Assembly (NCBI GenBank): GCA_963770565.1
Contig: CAVYQE010000001.1
Span: forward strand, 256,001-320,000
Direction of reading: 5' to 3'
Length of the DNA: 64,000 nucleotides
From: an uncultured Actinomycetota bacterium
Lineage (GTDB): Bacteria; Actinomycetota; Actinomycetes; JAFAQI01
Shown: piece after piece, positions 47,210 through 58,641 of the stretch
How positions within the stretch are numbered: position 1 is the stretch's first letter
Layout of the letters: every line of letters begins with the position of its first letter
Notes under the pieces: generated by a model
Told to the model about the DNA's origin: nothing
The model's database searches: none
What the model saw: the letters and a program-made list of their open reading frames with translations, nothing else
Position numbers and translations under genes: made by a program

Positions 47210-49551
47210 ATGATGACAACCGTCTCGCGGTGCTTCGTTGCCTTGTCGATCATCCTGCTGGCCGCGGCCGGGCTTTCCGCCGCCCGGCTTTCCGCCGCCG
47301 AATGGCAGCCGGCGCATGGCCCGCTGGCGACGCGGTGGGCGAAGGACGTTTCGCCGACCAATGCGCTGCCCGAATATCCGCGGCCGCAGATGGTGCGGAA
47401 GGAGTGGCAGAATCTCAACGGCCTGTGGGATTACGCGATTCGCCCGCAAGGCCGACGATCAGCCGGCAGAAATTCGAAGGGCAGATTCTCGTGCCGTATC
47501 CGATCGAGTCGGCGCTGTCGGGCGTGATGAAGCGCGTGAGCGAGATCGAGCGGCTCTGGTATCGCCGGACGTTCACGGTTCCGAAGGAGTGGGCCGGGAA
47601 GAATGTGCTGCTTGCATTTCGGGGCGGTCGAATTGGGAATCGACGGTTTGGGTGAATGGGAAGAAGCTCGGCGAGCATCGCGGCGGTTACGACGGCTTCA
47701 GCTCGACCTGACCGACGTCGCTCAAGCCGGAGGGCGAGCAAGAGATCGTCGTCTCGGCCTGGAATCCGATCGACTGCGGCACGCAGCCGCGCGGCAAGCA
47801 AGTTCGGCGGCCAGGCGGAATTTTCTACACGCCGACCACCGGCATCTGGCAGACCGTCTGGCTCGAACCGGTGCCGAAGGCGGCATCGATTCAGTCGAAA
47901 TCGTGCCAGACATCGATAAGAAAATCGTGCGAATCACGACTCGTGTGCATGAAGCCGGCGCGGGCCATCTTTGCCAGCGATGTGAAAGTCAAGGCGGTCG
48001 CACACGACGGCAACACGCAAATCGGCGAATCGGAAGTGAACGAGGAGCAGGTCATTGAATTGCCGATCAACGATATGAAATTGTGGTCGCCGGATACAGC
48101 CCATTTTGTACGGGCTCACGATTTCGATGACGGATAAATTGGGGAACCATGATTCCGTCGAAAGCTATTTCGGCATGCGCAAAATCTCGATCGCCAAAGA
48201 CGACAAGGGCGTCACGCGGATTTTCTTGAACAACAAGCCGCAGTTCATGGTCGGCCCGCTGGATCAGGGCTTCTGGCCCGACGGGATTTACACGGCGCCG
48301 ACCGACGAGGCGCTGCGGTACGACATCGAGATGACGCGCAAGCTGGGCTTCAACATGGCGCGCAAGCATGTCAAGGTCGAGCCGGATCGCTGGTATTATT
48401 GGTGCCGACAAGCTGGGCCTGTTGGTGTTGCAGGACATGCCGAGCGGCGACCGCGGGATCGGCGGGAATGCGCCCGATCTCACGCCTAGCCGCGAGTCGG
48501 CCGATGCAATTCAAGCTGGAACTCGGGCGGATGATCGACGGCCGCGAGAATCATCCCTCGATCGTGATGTGGGTCGTGTTCAACGAAGGCTGGGGGCAGC
48601 ACGACACGGCGGCTCTGACCAAATGGGTGAAGAAGCGCGACCCGTCGCGGCTGGTCGATTGCGCCAGCGGCTGGACCGACCGCAACGTGGGCGACGTGCA
48701 TGACATTCACGTCTATCCCGGCCCCGGCTCGCCGCAGCCGGAGGAGCATCGGGCGGCCGTGCTGGGCGAATTCGGCGGCCTGGGCCTGCCGATCGAAGGG
48801 CACACCTGGCAGGCGAAGAGCAACTGGGGCTATCGCAGCTTCACCGATCGCGGCCGCGCTGACCGACGCCTATCTCGGCGCTGATCCACCGCTTGCATCC
48901 GCTCGATCGGCGACCCCGGCCTTCGGCCGCCGTCTACACGCAAACGACCGACGTCGAGACGGAAGTGAACGGCCTGATGACCTACGACCGCGCGATCGTC
49001 AAGCCGGACCTGGAGCGGATGGCGGCGGCCAATCGCAGGGCTGTTCCTCCCGCCGCCGAAGATCAAGACGATCTCGCCGACCTCGGAGGCACGCGCCGCA
49101 CGACTGGCATTACACGCTCGCCAAACCGGCAGACGGTTGGGAAAAGCCCGATTTCGACGATACGGCCTGGAAGACCGGCCCGGCCGGCTTCGGCACCGAC
49201 GGCACGCCCGGCGCCGTGGTGCGGACCGAGTGGAAAACCTCCGACATCTGGCTGCGCCGCACGATCGACCTGGCCGACGACAAATTCAGCGAGCCCAAGC
49301 CTGCTGATGCACCACGACGACGACGCGGAGGTCTATATCAACGGCGTGCTCGCGGCGAAGGCCACTGGCTACACCGGCCGCTACGAGCCGTTCACGATCC
49401 GCGACGAAGCCCGCCGCACGCTGCACGCCGGCAAGAACACGATCGCCGTCCATTGCCATCAGAACTGCGGGCGGCCAATATATCGACGTGGGATTGGTGG
49501 ATTTGGAGGAGGGGAAGTACGGGGATTTCAGATTTCAAATTTGAGATTTGA
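47210..49551 (+). CDS. Secreted glycoside hydrolase family 2 protein, many frameshifts
   Basis: [64 protein letters not shown] and [10 protein letters not shown]. Confidence 0.92.
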
Positions 49552-49689
49552 GATTGCCCGCGGAACTGGATTTCCATTCATCGACGATTGCTGCAAACCG
49601 ATGCGACTTTGCGAGTCACCGTTCTTAATGTCGCGAACCACGGAAAGTCGTTTCGCACCCCAATGAGATTCACACGGAGCAATCGTAGC

Positions 49690-49950
49690 AGCCTACGCGG
49701 CCAATATCGTCGCATAAAGATCGTTGGCCGCCCATACCCGATCCCATAAACCGAATCGTGGATCACATCATGCAGTTCGCCGCACTTGCTTTTCCAACGG
49801 CCATCGGAGAGGCGTTTGGCGGCATGCGTCCAGGCGCCATTGTTTCACGAGTCATACGCCGCGAAAGATCTCGCGCTGCGGGTGGATTCACGAGTCATCC
49901 GGCGGCGGAAAATCTTGCGGCCGTGCTGGCGCATCATGTCGTTGATTTTC
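49690..49950 (-). pseudogene. Fragment of a conserved hypothetical protein
   Basis: Stitched frame WTHAAKRLSDGRWKSKCGELHDVIHDSVYGIGYGRPTIFMRR. Confidence 0.35.
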
Positions 49951-50350
49951 TCTTTGAACGCCTCGGCTCGGCGTTCGGTCTCGAACAGAATGCCGGGAAA
50001 GGTGACGAGTTGCGAGTTTCAAATCCACTGGCAGGAGTAAAATCGCGATTCATCTCGGCTTGTTCAGTGCAGGCGATCGACCGCGGACGAGGCAGTGCAG
50101 GGATGCCTCCAGGGTTCGGTGAAACCGCAATGCCGGAGTTGCCGACGGCAAACGGGCTTGTCAATGTTGTATAGATTCCAGTGAGCGCGCCGTATGGATA
50201 AAGGCCGTCGGGGACGATGCGACAATCCCGAACTGATCGAAGAGCAGAACTGCTCCGCGCATCTCGATAATCGTAGGGAAGAAATGCTCCCTGGCGATGC
50301 GCTCATATTCTCGCTGGCCACTGGAACGGGCTCTCTGGCGGGCGCGGTAC

Positions 50351-50998
50351 TCAAAGCGATGCCTCCATTTCTCCTGTGACAATCATCGAGTGATGTTTCG
50401 CATCGCTCCAATGCGCGATCGCATCGAGCAGATCGGCAACGTTGTCGGCGTCGCGATGATAGTTGAACGCGAACTGGAGAACTTCATCGGACGCGCCCTC
50501 CGCTTGCGAAGAAACCGTCGGTCCGATGGTCAGGTTCAAGCGGAAGCCAAGTTCATCTTTGCTGTAATACGTCGCCGAACTTCGCATCGGGACTGTCGAA
50601 AAGTTGTGCGCCGGGGCGTCCGGCCGGAAAAGGCGGACCGCGACACCACCGCAACAGTCTTTCCCTTCGTTGGCCGGTAATGCCAGGTGAAGTTCAAGCC
50701 AATCGCCCTGTAGGGTGTGTGAGGAAGCAATTCGATGAGCCGTCCGAGGCGCCCCGAGACCAGTTCTTGCTTTCGATCTTCCGGGCACCCTGGGGTGAAT
50801 CGCATTTGGATCTGGTTGGGAATCGCCAAGATGCAAACGACGGCGTCTCGAATTGCACCATTCCAGGGCTGAAAATAACCGGCCCGATAAACTCCTCCGT
50901 CGAACGATCTCGTTGTTGACCAACCAAATCTGTTGGATCAAGCTGACATTGAACATATTAGCCGTAACGACAACATTCTCGGTAAACAATTTCATCAT
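50351..50998 (-). CDS. Hypothetical protein in a lower-GC segment, frameshifted
   Basis: NVVVTANMFNVSLIQQIWL, LLPHTPYRAIGLNF and FAFNYHRD. Confidence 0.6.
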   Translation of the reverse strand: MMKLFTENVVVTANMFNVSLIQQIWLVNNEIVRRRSLSGRLFSALEWCNSRRRRLHLGDSQPDPNAIHPRVPGRSKARTGLGAPRTAHRIASSHTLQGDWLELHLALPANEGKDCCGGVAVRLFRPDAPAHNFSTVPMRSSATYYSKDELGFRLNLTIGPTVSSQAEGASDEVLQFAFNYHRDADNVADLLDAIAHWSDAKHHSMIVTGEMEASL

Positions 50999-51120
50999 AG
51001 GGCTCGCGAATACTCAACGAGGTGGTTTCTACCAAGCGATATCGTAGCAAGGCATGGACCAGCCTGCTGTATTCTACGCCAACTGCATGTTTCGCAATCC
51101 AATTCATTCGCGGTATTCCC

Positions 51121-52720
51121 TCACGCACCCTCCCCCGGCGCAATCGGTTGCGGGTGGGCCATCGTGCCGAGGATGTATTGCCGCCAGGTGTCGAGCTGCT
51201 CGACGGTGAGGCTGTTTTCGCGATTGATTTCGTGCTGCAGTTCGCTTGTCGAGTGCCGGCCACTTTCACTTCGATCGTCAAGCCGGCCGTTTTCGGCGTA
51301 GCGAAACTTCACTTCGATCGGCGTCTCGACCGGCAGAGTCGGCGGGCAGATCGCGGACGACGCATTTGCCGAGCTGCGAGCAATCTTCGGGCGAGGCGCT
51401 TTCTCCCTCGACGATCTGCACCAGGATCGAGCGCTGGTTCGCCTTTTGCGTCTTGAAGATCCGCTTGGCGGCGACCGGCAGCGCCGTGTTGCGCGGAATC
51501 AGGATGGCGTTGCGCGGGCGGCCCGTCTTGCCGTCGACCGCCACGACGCCCAGGCTGTGCGAATTGACGTTTTTGATCTTGAACGGCACGCGGTTGCCTT
51601 GCTTGCGGGCGGAGCAGGATTCCGGCGTGCAGCGCCGCGCCGTGGGCCACCGCTTCGTCGGCCGAGACCGAGGCGTCGGGCTCCTTGCCCGAGATGTCTT
51701 TGAGCATCGCGCGAACCATCGGCATCCGGGTCGAGCCGCCGACCAACAGCACGCGGTCGATCTGCTGCCCAGTCGCAGCCGGCGGCCTGCAGCGTCTGCC
51801 GGGTGGTGAAGCGGGTGCGGTCGAGCAGGTCGTGGGTGATTTCCTCGAACTTTTCGCGGGTGATTTCCAGGCGCACGGCCATCCCCTTGAAATCGTAGCT
51901 GACCGAGGCGCTTTGCCGCGGAGCGAGAGCGTGCGCTTGGCGTCTTCGCATTCGCGCCACAGCCGGCCGGCGGCGTTGGGGTCTTCGCGCGGGTCGAGCC
52001 GATGCTGGCGGATGAATTCCTCGGCCACGAAATCGACGAGCCGCTGGTCCCAGTCCTGGCCGCCCAGCTGCACGTCGCCGTCGGTGGCCAGGGCGGTGAA
52101 CTTCGTGCCCGTTGATCTCCATCACGGTCACGTCGAACGTGCCGCCGCCCAGGTCGTAGACGAGAATCTTCTGCGGCTTGGTCGCGCGCCGCCTTGGGCG
52201 TTCAGAAAGCCCTGCTGAAAGCCGAAGGCCACGGCGGCGGCGGTCGGCTCGTTGATGATGTCCAGCACCTCGAGGCCGGCCATGTAGCCGGCGTCTTGCG
52301 TCGCCTTGCGGCGGACTTCGTCGAAATAGGCGGGCACGGTGATGACCACGCGGGTGATCGGGCCGAGCTGCCGCTCGGCGTCGTGCTTGAGCTTGTTGAG
52401 CACCCAGGCCTGGATCGCCTCGGGCGGATAGCGATGCCCTTCGATCACGCGATGAAAGGCCCGCTCGCCCAGATCGCGCTTGGCGCAGCATCGGCCACGT
52501 GCTCGGCCTCGGAGACGATGGCCTTGATCGCCTCCTTGCCGACGACGGTCGTTTCGCCGTCGAACAGCACGACGCTGGGCGTGATCAAATCCCCTTCGGC
52601 GTTGACGATCGTGAGCGGCCGGCCCGTCTCGTCGAGATAAGCGACGACCGAATAGGTGGTGCCGAGATCGATTCCGACGGCGGGAGATTTTCGCAGGATC
52701 GAGGAGGGAGAATGGCTCAT
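51121..52720 (-). CDS. Hsp70-family protein lacking the helical lid, frameshifted
   Basis: [42 protein letters not shown] and [10 protein letters not shown]. Confidence 0.92.
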
Positions 52721-52865
52721 GCGAGGCCCCTGGGGGATAAGGACGAAAGGTCCGAGCGATTGCGAACCGATGGCGGAAAGGCGCCTCGCGGCCGACCGAT
52801 TTCGCGAATGTCGGCCGCGGTCCGGCGCCAGCCACCCCGGCGTTCAACAACCTCGGGGGCAAACA

Positions 52866-54134
52866 TTAGTTTACTTCCCCGCCATCGCCGCCGCCAGAAT
52901 GCGGCGACGTGCTTTCGCGCATGATTCGCGGATCGACTTGCCTGCCCTCCAGCAGCGTTTTGCGGACATCCTTGCCCGAGATGAAGACAGGTTTTTCGTC
53001 TTTGTGGTTTTCCATCAGATCCACGCGACCGGCCGAATCGTAGTAGGCGGCAAATCCGACTTTGACCGGCTGAATCTGCAGATCGCCCTGCAGCTTGCCG
53101 AAATTTCCTGAGCGTCGAAATCCCCCCAGATATGTGCGTGCCGTCGGCGATAGGGGGCGTCGGCGTGCTTGCGGCCGATCACGATGTCGGTGAAGCCGAA
53201 ATTCTGGCGATAGATCGCGTGCATGATCGCTTCCTTCGGGCCGCCGTAGAACATCTTGATGTCGAGCCCGAGCAGAATGACCCGATCGGGGACCGACTCG
53301 CCGCGCGGCCCCCACAGCGCGGGATCACTATCTCCTTGGCCGAGGCCGCGCTCGTCGATCAGCGCTTCGTAGGTGTGCATGCGGACGTCGGCGGGCACGT
53401 CGTCCCCCTTGGTTTCGCCGATCAGCGGATTGAGGCAGGCCCCGGCGTTGTAGCCGGCCTTGAGCAGCGTTTCCAGGCCGTAGACCAGGGCGTATTCATG
53501 GGCGCGATGCAGCGGATTGCGGGTTTGAAAGGCCACGACCCGATTCCAGCCTTTGCTCGCCAGCAGGCGGCGCACTTCGCGCGGCGAGAGCACGTATTTG
53601 CCGAATTTGGGGTTTTTCGGCTGCGGCAGCACGCGGATCGTGCCGCCCACGAGATGCGTCTTGTCGGCGTCGGCCTTAAGCACCATCTCGGCGCCGGGGT
53701 GGTCGGTGCGGTCGGTGAGATAGACGCTCTTGATGTATTTCGGCTTGTCCCAGGGAAAGATGTCGCTGATGTCGAGCATGGCGACGACCGTCCCGGCCGA
53801 ATTCACCACCGCGGCCCGCTGCCCGACTTTCAACTGCCCGGCGAGTTCCGCCGTTACGGGCAGGGCCAGCGGAATGGTCCAGGCATAGAGCTTCCCGTCC
53901 TGCTCGATGACCGCTTCGTCGAGCACCCGATTGTAGACGGCCGAGTTCATCGGTCCGGTCAAGCGGGCTCAGGGCCCCATCGCCGAAGCGATAGACCGCG
54001 GAGAGATCGGCGTCGGAGACGGGCAGCTTGGGGAGCTGGGCCGCCTCGGCTTGGAACGGCCCGATCTCGTCGGGAGCGACGGTCAAATTCAACGGTTCCT
54101 TCGAACCGCCATGCGGAGGGATCAGATCGGCCAT
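52866..54134 (-). CDS. sat: Sulfate adenylyltransferase
   Basis: [46 protein letters not shown] and ISGKDVR. Confidence 0.93.
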
Positions 54135-54233
54135 AAGGAAAAAGCCTCTTCTTTCGAGCCACCGGTTGCCGGAGAAACGCTGCCAATTTCGCATCTGCGA
54201 AGGGCAACAGTATAGAGCAATGCCGCCCGCCGC

Positions 54234-54863
54234 TCAACCGCGGGTGAGCGAGCGGCGAGGAGGTGCCGGCGAGGAGGTGCCACTGGCAAGCGCAGTCTGC
54301 CAGTGGCGAATGGCGGGTGACGAGGGTGGCACTGGCAATTCTCCACGAGCCTCCCGTTCTCGAAGAAAGGAGAATATCCGGTCGACGGTCTCCTTGAAGC
54401 CAGGATTCGGGTGGCCGCTCATCTCCTCGAGGAGTTCGGCGCATTCTTGCGGTTCGACGAATTCCGCCCGGAGGAGCTGATCGAGGATGCGAGCGGCGCC
54501 GTTCCGGACATTCACTTCGGGGTCGTGAAGATAGCCGCGAACCCACGGCAGCACGCTCCTGTCGCCGAGATACGCGAGCAGGAACACGGCGTCGGCACGT
54601 CGTTCCCGTGCTTCGCTGGTATTGCGAGCGATCTCATGGCAATGGTGCATCGCCGACCAAGGATGGACCAACCAGAGGACCGAGCGGGCAAGTTCGGACC
54701 CCGGTTCGAGGTCGATGCAGTAATCGAGAGCAGCCGGCCATTCCGTTTCGGCGATGATCGCTTCAATCGCCTTTTGCGCCCTTTCCGAGCCTCCTTCCTC
54801 GCCATACTCCGTGAACGATCCAAGGTGGCTGGCCAATCGTTCCCAATCGATTGCAGGCGGCAC
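54234..54863 (-). CDS. HEAT-repeat-like helical protein whose 3' end runs into a REP
   Basis: RRADAVFLLAYLGDRSVLPWVRGYLHDPEVNVRNGAARILDQL. Confidence 0.65.
   Translation of the reverse strand: MPPAIDWERLASHLGSFTEYGEEGGSERAQKAIEAIIAETEWPAALDYCIDLEPGSELARSVLWLVHPWSAMHHCHEIARNTSEARERRADAVFLLAYLGDRSVLPWVRGYLHDPEVNVRNGAARILDQLLRAEFVEPQECAELLEEMSGHPNPGFKETVDRIFSFLREREARGELPVPPSSPAIRHWQTALASGTSSPAPPRRSLTRG
54279..54338. repeat. Single REP of the 167-bp-array family
   Basis: gccactggcaagcgcagtctgccagtggc. Confidence 0.75.
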
Positions 54864-54901
54864 AGGCAGGTGATCTTCCCTAAATCCGATTTGATCGCGG
54901 C

Positions 54902-55401
54902 TTAAGCGGAAGAATCGTCCTTGACCGTGATATTGGCGGGCTTGGCATCGTAATAGTATATTCCGAACTGCCGGAGCGACGAAAGGAGAGCTTTGACTCT
55001 TGGCCAGCGATCTTCGAACCGCGATCTGCAATCCTCGAGCCACTCTTCGTAGCCGCCCTCCTCGAATTCCATCGGTCGATCGAGCCAAGCCTTGGCGAAG
55101 TCGAGGATGAAGGGCGGCGTCACGATTCGCATTTCGATCACGAAAAGACGCGGGTCGGTTCGGATCAGTTCCGGTACGGCAAATTCGCCGAGCTTTCCGA
55201 TGTTTGCCGACCTGAATCGTTCATAGCATTCGGCCTCCGTGAATAATTCTTTTCCAGCTTGAGGGCTTTGATCGCCGTCTTGTTGCTCGATTTCCACACG
55301 CACCCGTCGGTTCCGTGCCCTAATGGGCTTTGCAAATCGAGCGTCATTCCCCATAACGATGCATACTGATTCGCCCGCGAAATGAGGATGGAGTCGGACA
55401 T
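54902..55401 (-). CDS. Small protein-kinase-like protein, frameshift near 55240
   Basis: LGHGTDGCVW (Gly loop), AIK, a helix-C Glu, ILDFAK and YYYDAKPANI. Confidence 0.65.
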
Positions 55402-55638
55402 GGGTCAAAAATGGTTCGATGGCTACTCCGCGGACGTGGAAATCTACTTGCTGCACGACGGCAAGCGGTTCGACGTGGCGCAGATCGGCGGCGGCTCTCT
55501 CATTCTTCGTCGGCCGGCACGATCCCGGCGGCCACGCACGTCACCCTCGTCATCATAATCGACGGACATGAAGTCTCCGAAAAAGTGTGGCTGGCCGAGG
55601 CCGCAGACTGTGCCGACCGGCATGTGCCATTTATTTGA
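55400..55638 (+). CDS. Small beta-rich hypothetical protein, frameshift near 55520
   Basis: GGAG at 55390-55393, then MGQKWFDGYSADVEIYLLHDGKRFDVAQIGGGSLILR...HVTLVIIIDGHE. Confidence 0.55.
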
Positions 55639-56025
55639 TTTTCCGGGAGCCTGCCCGAGAACTGCCCGTAAAGACCTGTCGGACGAGGTGTTGAAGGTCG
55701 TCCATAGACGGGTCCGTGGCACGACGGCTCGGGCGGATCGGGTTGTGCCAAGCCGGTTGCACCGGCTTCCGGCGAGGGGGGGCCGATTCGGTCGCGCCGA
55801 TTGGGCCGGTTGTGGCGCCGCGGGTTTCCGCAGTTTTTGCCGAGAGCGGCCAGAAAGCGGCCCTCGATTTGCCGTTGCGCCGCTGCAATCTAATCTTGCG
55901 AGTGCTTATGGGGCGCGCGATGGCAACGATCCGCGCCGTTTCAACAGAGTTTTCGAGTTTGCGCCGGTGCTCGGCCGGCGCGGCGTCGAGAGGGATGAAG
56001 CTTATGTCGCATCAGTCGATGTTTT

Positions 56026-57045
56026 ATGTCACGACGCCATCTGGCGCGCACCAAATCGGTGATCGTGTCGGAATTCGAGCGCTGCGAGCTTTCCGCAAGC
56101 GAGCCCTATCAAGGCGTGCTGGCGGCGCGGTTCGATCCGCGGAAATTCGAGCAGCTTTCCACGGCGCTCACGGCCGAATTGGCCCCCGACGACCTGCGGC
56201 AGACAAAATGTCGGATCGTCAGCGACACCGTGGTCCCCTCGCCGGCCGATCTGATGCAAACCCAGTCGCTCGACAACTTCCTGTCTTGGATTCGCAGCCA
56301 ATGGCTGTCGCATCTGATTCGCGAGCGGCGGCTGACCACCTGGTTTCAGCCGATCGTCGATTGCCACCTGCCGCACCGCGTGTTTGCCCATGAGTGCTTG
56401 CTCCGCGGAACCCAGCCCGACGGCGAGATGATCCCACCCGATCTGCTGTTTGCGGCGGCGCGGGCGACCAGTCAACTGGCAGTGCTCGATGCAGCGGCCA
56501 AGCGGGTCCACATCGAATCCGCGGCGGCTCACTCGCTCACCGGGCGCGTGTTCATCAATTTCAATCCGTCGGCGATCGAGCCATCCGACGATTGCCTCGA
56601 GGAAACTCTGGCGGCCGTGGCCGAAACGGGCTTGCCGGCCGAACGATTCATTTTCGAGGTCGTCGAGAGCGATCGAACGACCGACGCCCATGCCCTGGTG
56701 CGGATTCTGGACGTTTATCGCGAGCATGGCTTTCAAGTCGCGCTCGACGACATCGGCGCCGGCTACAACTCGCTCAATCTGCTCACCGAGATCAAGCCCG
56801 ACTTCATCAAGCTCGACATGCATCTGACGCGCAACGTGGATCGCGATCCGTACAAAGCCCGCGTCGCCTCGAAAGTCTTGGAGCTTGCTCAGGAACTCGA
56901 TATCGCCACCGTCGCCGAAGGAATCGAGACGCCGGGACAATGGCAATGGGCGGCCGATCACGGGGCCGATTATGCGCAGGGCTATCTGTTTGCCTTGCCG
57001 GCACCGATCCCACCGAAACCGCGCTTCCGCCCGGAATTGGTCTAG
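56026..57045 (+). CDS. EAL-domain c-di-GMP phosphodiesterase-family protein
   Basis: FQPIV, HECLLR, FINF, FEVVES, ALDDIGAGY, IKLD, VAEGIE and QGYLF. Confidence 0.93.
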   Translation: MSRRHLARTKSVIVSEFERCELSASEPYQGVLAARFDPRKFEQLSTALTAELAPDDLRQTKCRIVSDTVVPSPADLMQTQSLDNFLSWIRSQWLSHLIRERRLTTWFQPIVDCHLPHRVFAHECLLRGTQPDGEMIPPDLLFAAARATSQLAVLDAAAKRVHIESAAAHSLTGRVFINFNPSAIEPSDDCLEETLAAVAETGLPAERFIFEVVESDRTTDAHALVRILDVYREHGFQVALDDIGAGYNSLNLLTEIKPDFIKLDMHLTRNVDRDPYKARVASKVLELAQELDIATVAEGIETPGQWQWAADHGADYAQGYLFALPAPIPPKPRFRPELV

Positions 57046-57219
57046 GAGCCTGTTCGAGAACCGGCATGCCTTCCGGCGGGCGTTGCCAAAGGGGGTCGGG
57101 AGTCGATTTCGCCATGATGCCGGTTGACACTTCGGGTCGTTACGCGGGCGAAATCGACTCCCGACCCCTTTTGCGGCGGGCATCCGCTCGCCGCGGCCGG
57201 TTCTTGGACAGGCTCCTAG
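57042..57219. mobile_element. 178-bp CTAG-bounded MITE inserted at the EAL stop codon
   Basis: ctaggagcctg...caggctcctag. The TAG of CTAG is the EAL stop. Confidence 0.8.
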
Positions 57220-57337
57220 CCCAGCCGTAGGACGGCTCTCCCGAGCCGTCCCACTTCGTCCTGCTTGCGGTCGTTTGCACTTTGCCGCTGCGCGGGTAGA
57301 CTGGCGGGGGATTCCATTTCAACCCCGCGCTGCGATC

Positions 57338-58561
57338 GTGGCTGCATCCTTGGCGATTGACGATTGCCGCTGGCTGGTGAGCGACGCAGCGACGCGGTGG
57401 CTCGAACTGGCTGCGGCAGGCGAAGGGTCCGCGCCGGCCCCGGCGCTGGCGGCCAAGCTGCGGAAAGACCTGACGCCGCGGCAGACGCATCTCGTGCTCG
57501 AGCAGGCGGCGCTGCGTCGCCGCGGAGCGGAAAAATTCGCCCTCGCCGAGCGGATGTTCTTTACGCCGATCGCGCTGGAGCAAGCGACCGACGAATGGAT
57601 CGCTCGGTACAAAGCGGCACGATTTCCTCCGGCCGCGGCGATGGCCGATTTGTGCTGCGGAATCGGCGGCGATCTGCTGGCTCTGGCGGCGCACGGCCCG
57701 ACGATCGGCGTCGATCGCGATCCGTCGATCGCGCTGTTCGCCGAGGCGAATCTGGCGTCGGCGCGGCGGCCCGCTCGGGGTGCGGAAAGTCGTCGGTTCG
57801 GGCCGCCGACGTGCGCCAGATCGACCTCGCTCCGCTGGCGGCTTGGCATCTCGATCCGGACCGCCGACCGGCCGGCCGCCGAACGAACGCGCACCGTGGC
57901 CCATGATCCGCCCCCCGAGGTCATCGAGGCATTGCTCGGGGCGTGTCCGGCCGGGGCGATCAAATTGGCCCCCGTCGCCGAATGGCCCGCCGACTGGGCG
58001 TGCCGCTGCGAATTGGAATGGATCAGCCGCAAACGGGAATGCCGGCAGCTCGTGGCCTGGTTCGGCGCGCTGACCGAGAGGGTCGGCAGCCGGCGGGCGA
58101 CGATTCTCGACGCCGAGGGAATTGTGCAGCGCGCCGTCCGGGGGGAGCCGAAGATGGCGCTGTCGCCGGCGACAAACGTCGGCCGCTATGTCTACGAGCC
58201 TGACGCGGCCGTGCTGGCGGCGCAACGTACCGAGGCGCTGGCCGGCGAGCGGGGCTTGGCGGAAATCACTCCCGGCATCGCCTACCTCACCGGCGACGAG
58301 CCGCTCGACGACGCGGCTCTGGCCGGCTTCAAGGTGCTCGATCTGCTGCCGCTGCGGGTGAAGACGGTGAAGCGCTGGTTGCAACAGCGGAGCGTCGGCC
58401 GCCTGGAGGTCAAAAAACGCGGCGTCGCGCTCGATCCGGCCCGATTCCGCCAAGAGCTGCAAGTGGCCGGAGATAACGACGCTACGCTGTTGATAACCCG
58501 CCGCGACGGCCGCCCAACCGTGATCGCCGCGCGGCGGCTTGGATGTGCCCTCCCTTGCTAG
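57338..58561 (+). CDS. SAM-dependent methyltransferase with a THUMP-like C-terminus
   Basis: ALEQAT, ADLCCGIGGDL, IKLAP, YEPDAAV and LEVKKRG. Confidence 0.85.
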   Translation: MAASLAIDDCRWLVSDAATRWLELAAAGEGSAPAPALAAKLRKDLTPRQTHLVLEQAALRRRGAEKFALAERMFFTPIALEQATDEWIARYKAARFPPAAAMADLCCGIGGDLLALAAHGPTIGVDRDPSIALFAEANLASARRPARGAESRRFGPPTCARSTSLRWRLGISIRTADRPAAERTRTVAHDPPPEVIEALLGACPAGAIKLAPVAEWPADWACRCELEWISRKRECRQLVAWFGALTERVGSRRATILDAEGIVQRAVRGEPKMALSPATNVGRYVYEPDAAVLAAQRTEALAGERGLAEITPGIAYLTGDEPLDDAALAGFKVLDLLPLRVKTVKRWLQQRSVGRLEVKKRGVALDPARFRQELQVAGDNDATLLITRRDGRPTVIAARRLGCALPC

Positions 58562-58618
58562 CGCTTCGGGCTAGTGTGCGGCGATTTCCGACACGAGCCC
58601 GACGCGCCAGCGAGGGAG
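58551..58618. repeat. REP doublet at the convergent gene junction
   Basis: cccttgctagcgcttcgggctagtgt ... acacgagcccgacgcgccagcgaggg. Confidence 0.65.
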
Positions 58619-58641
58619 TCGTCGCGGCGCAGATCGCGCCG

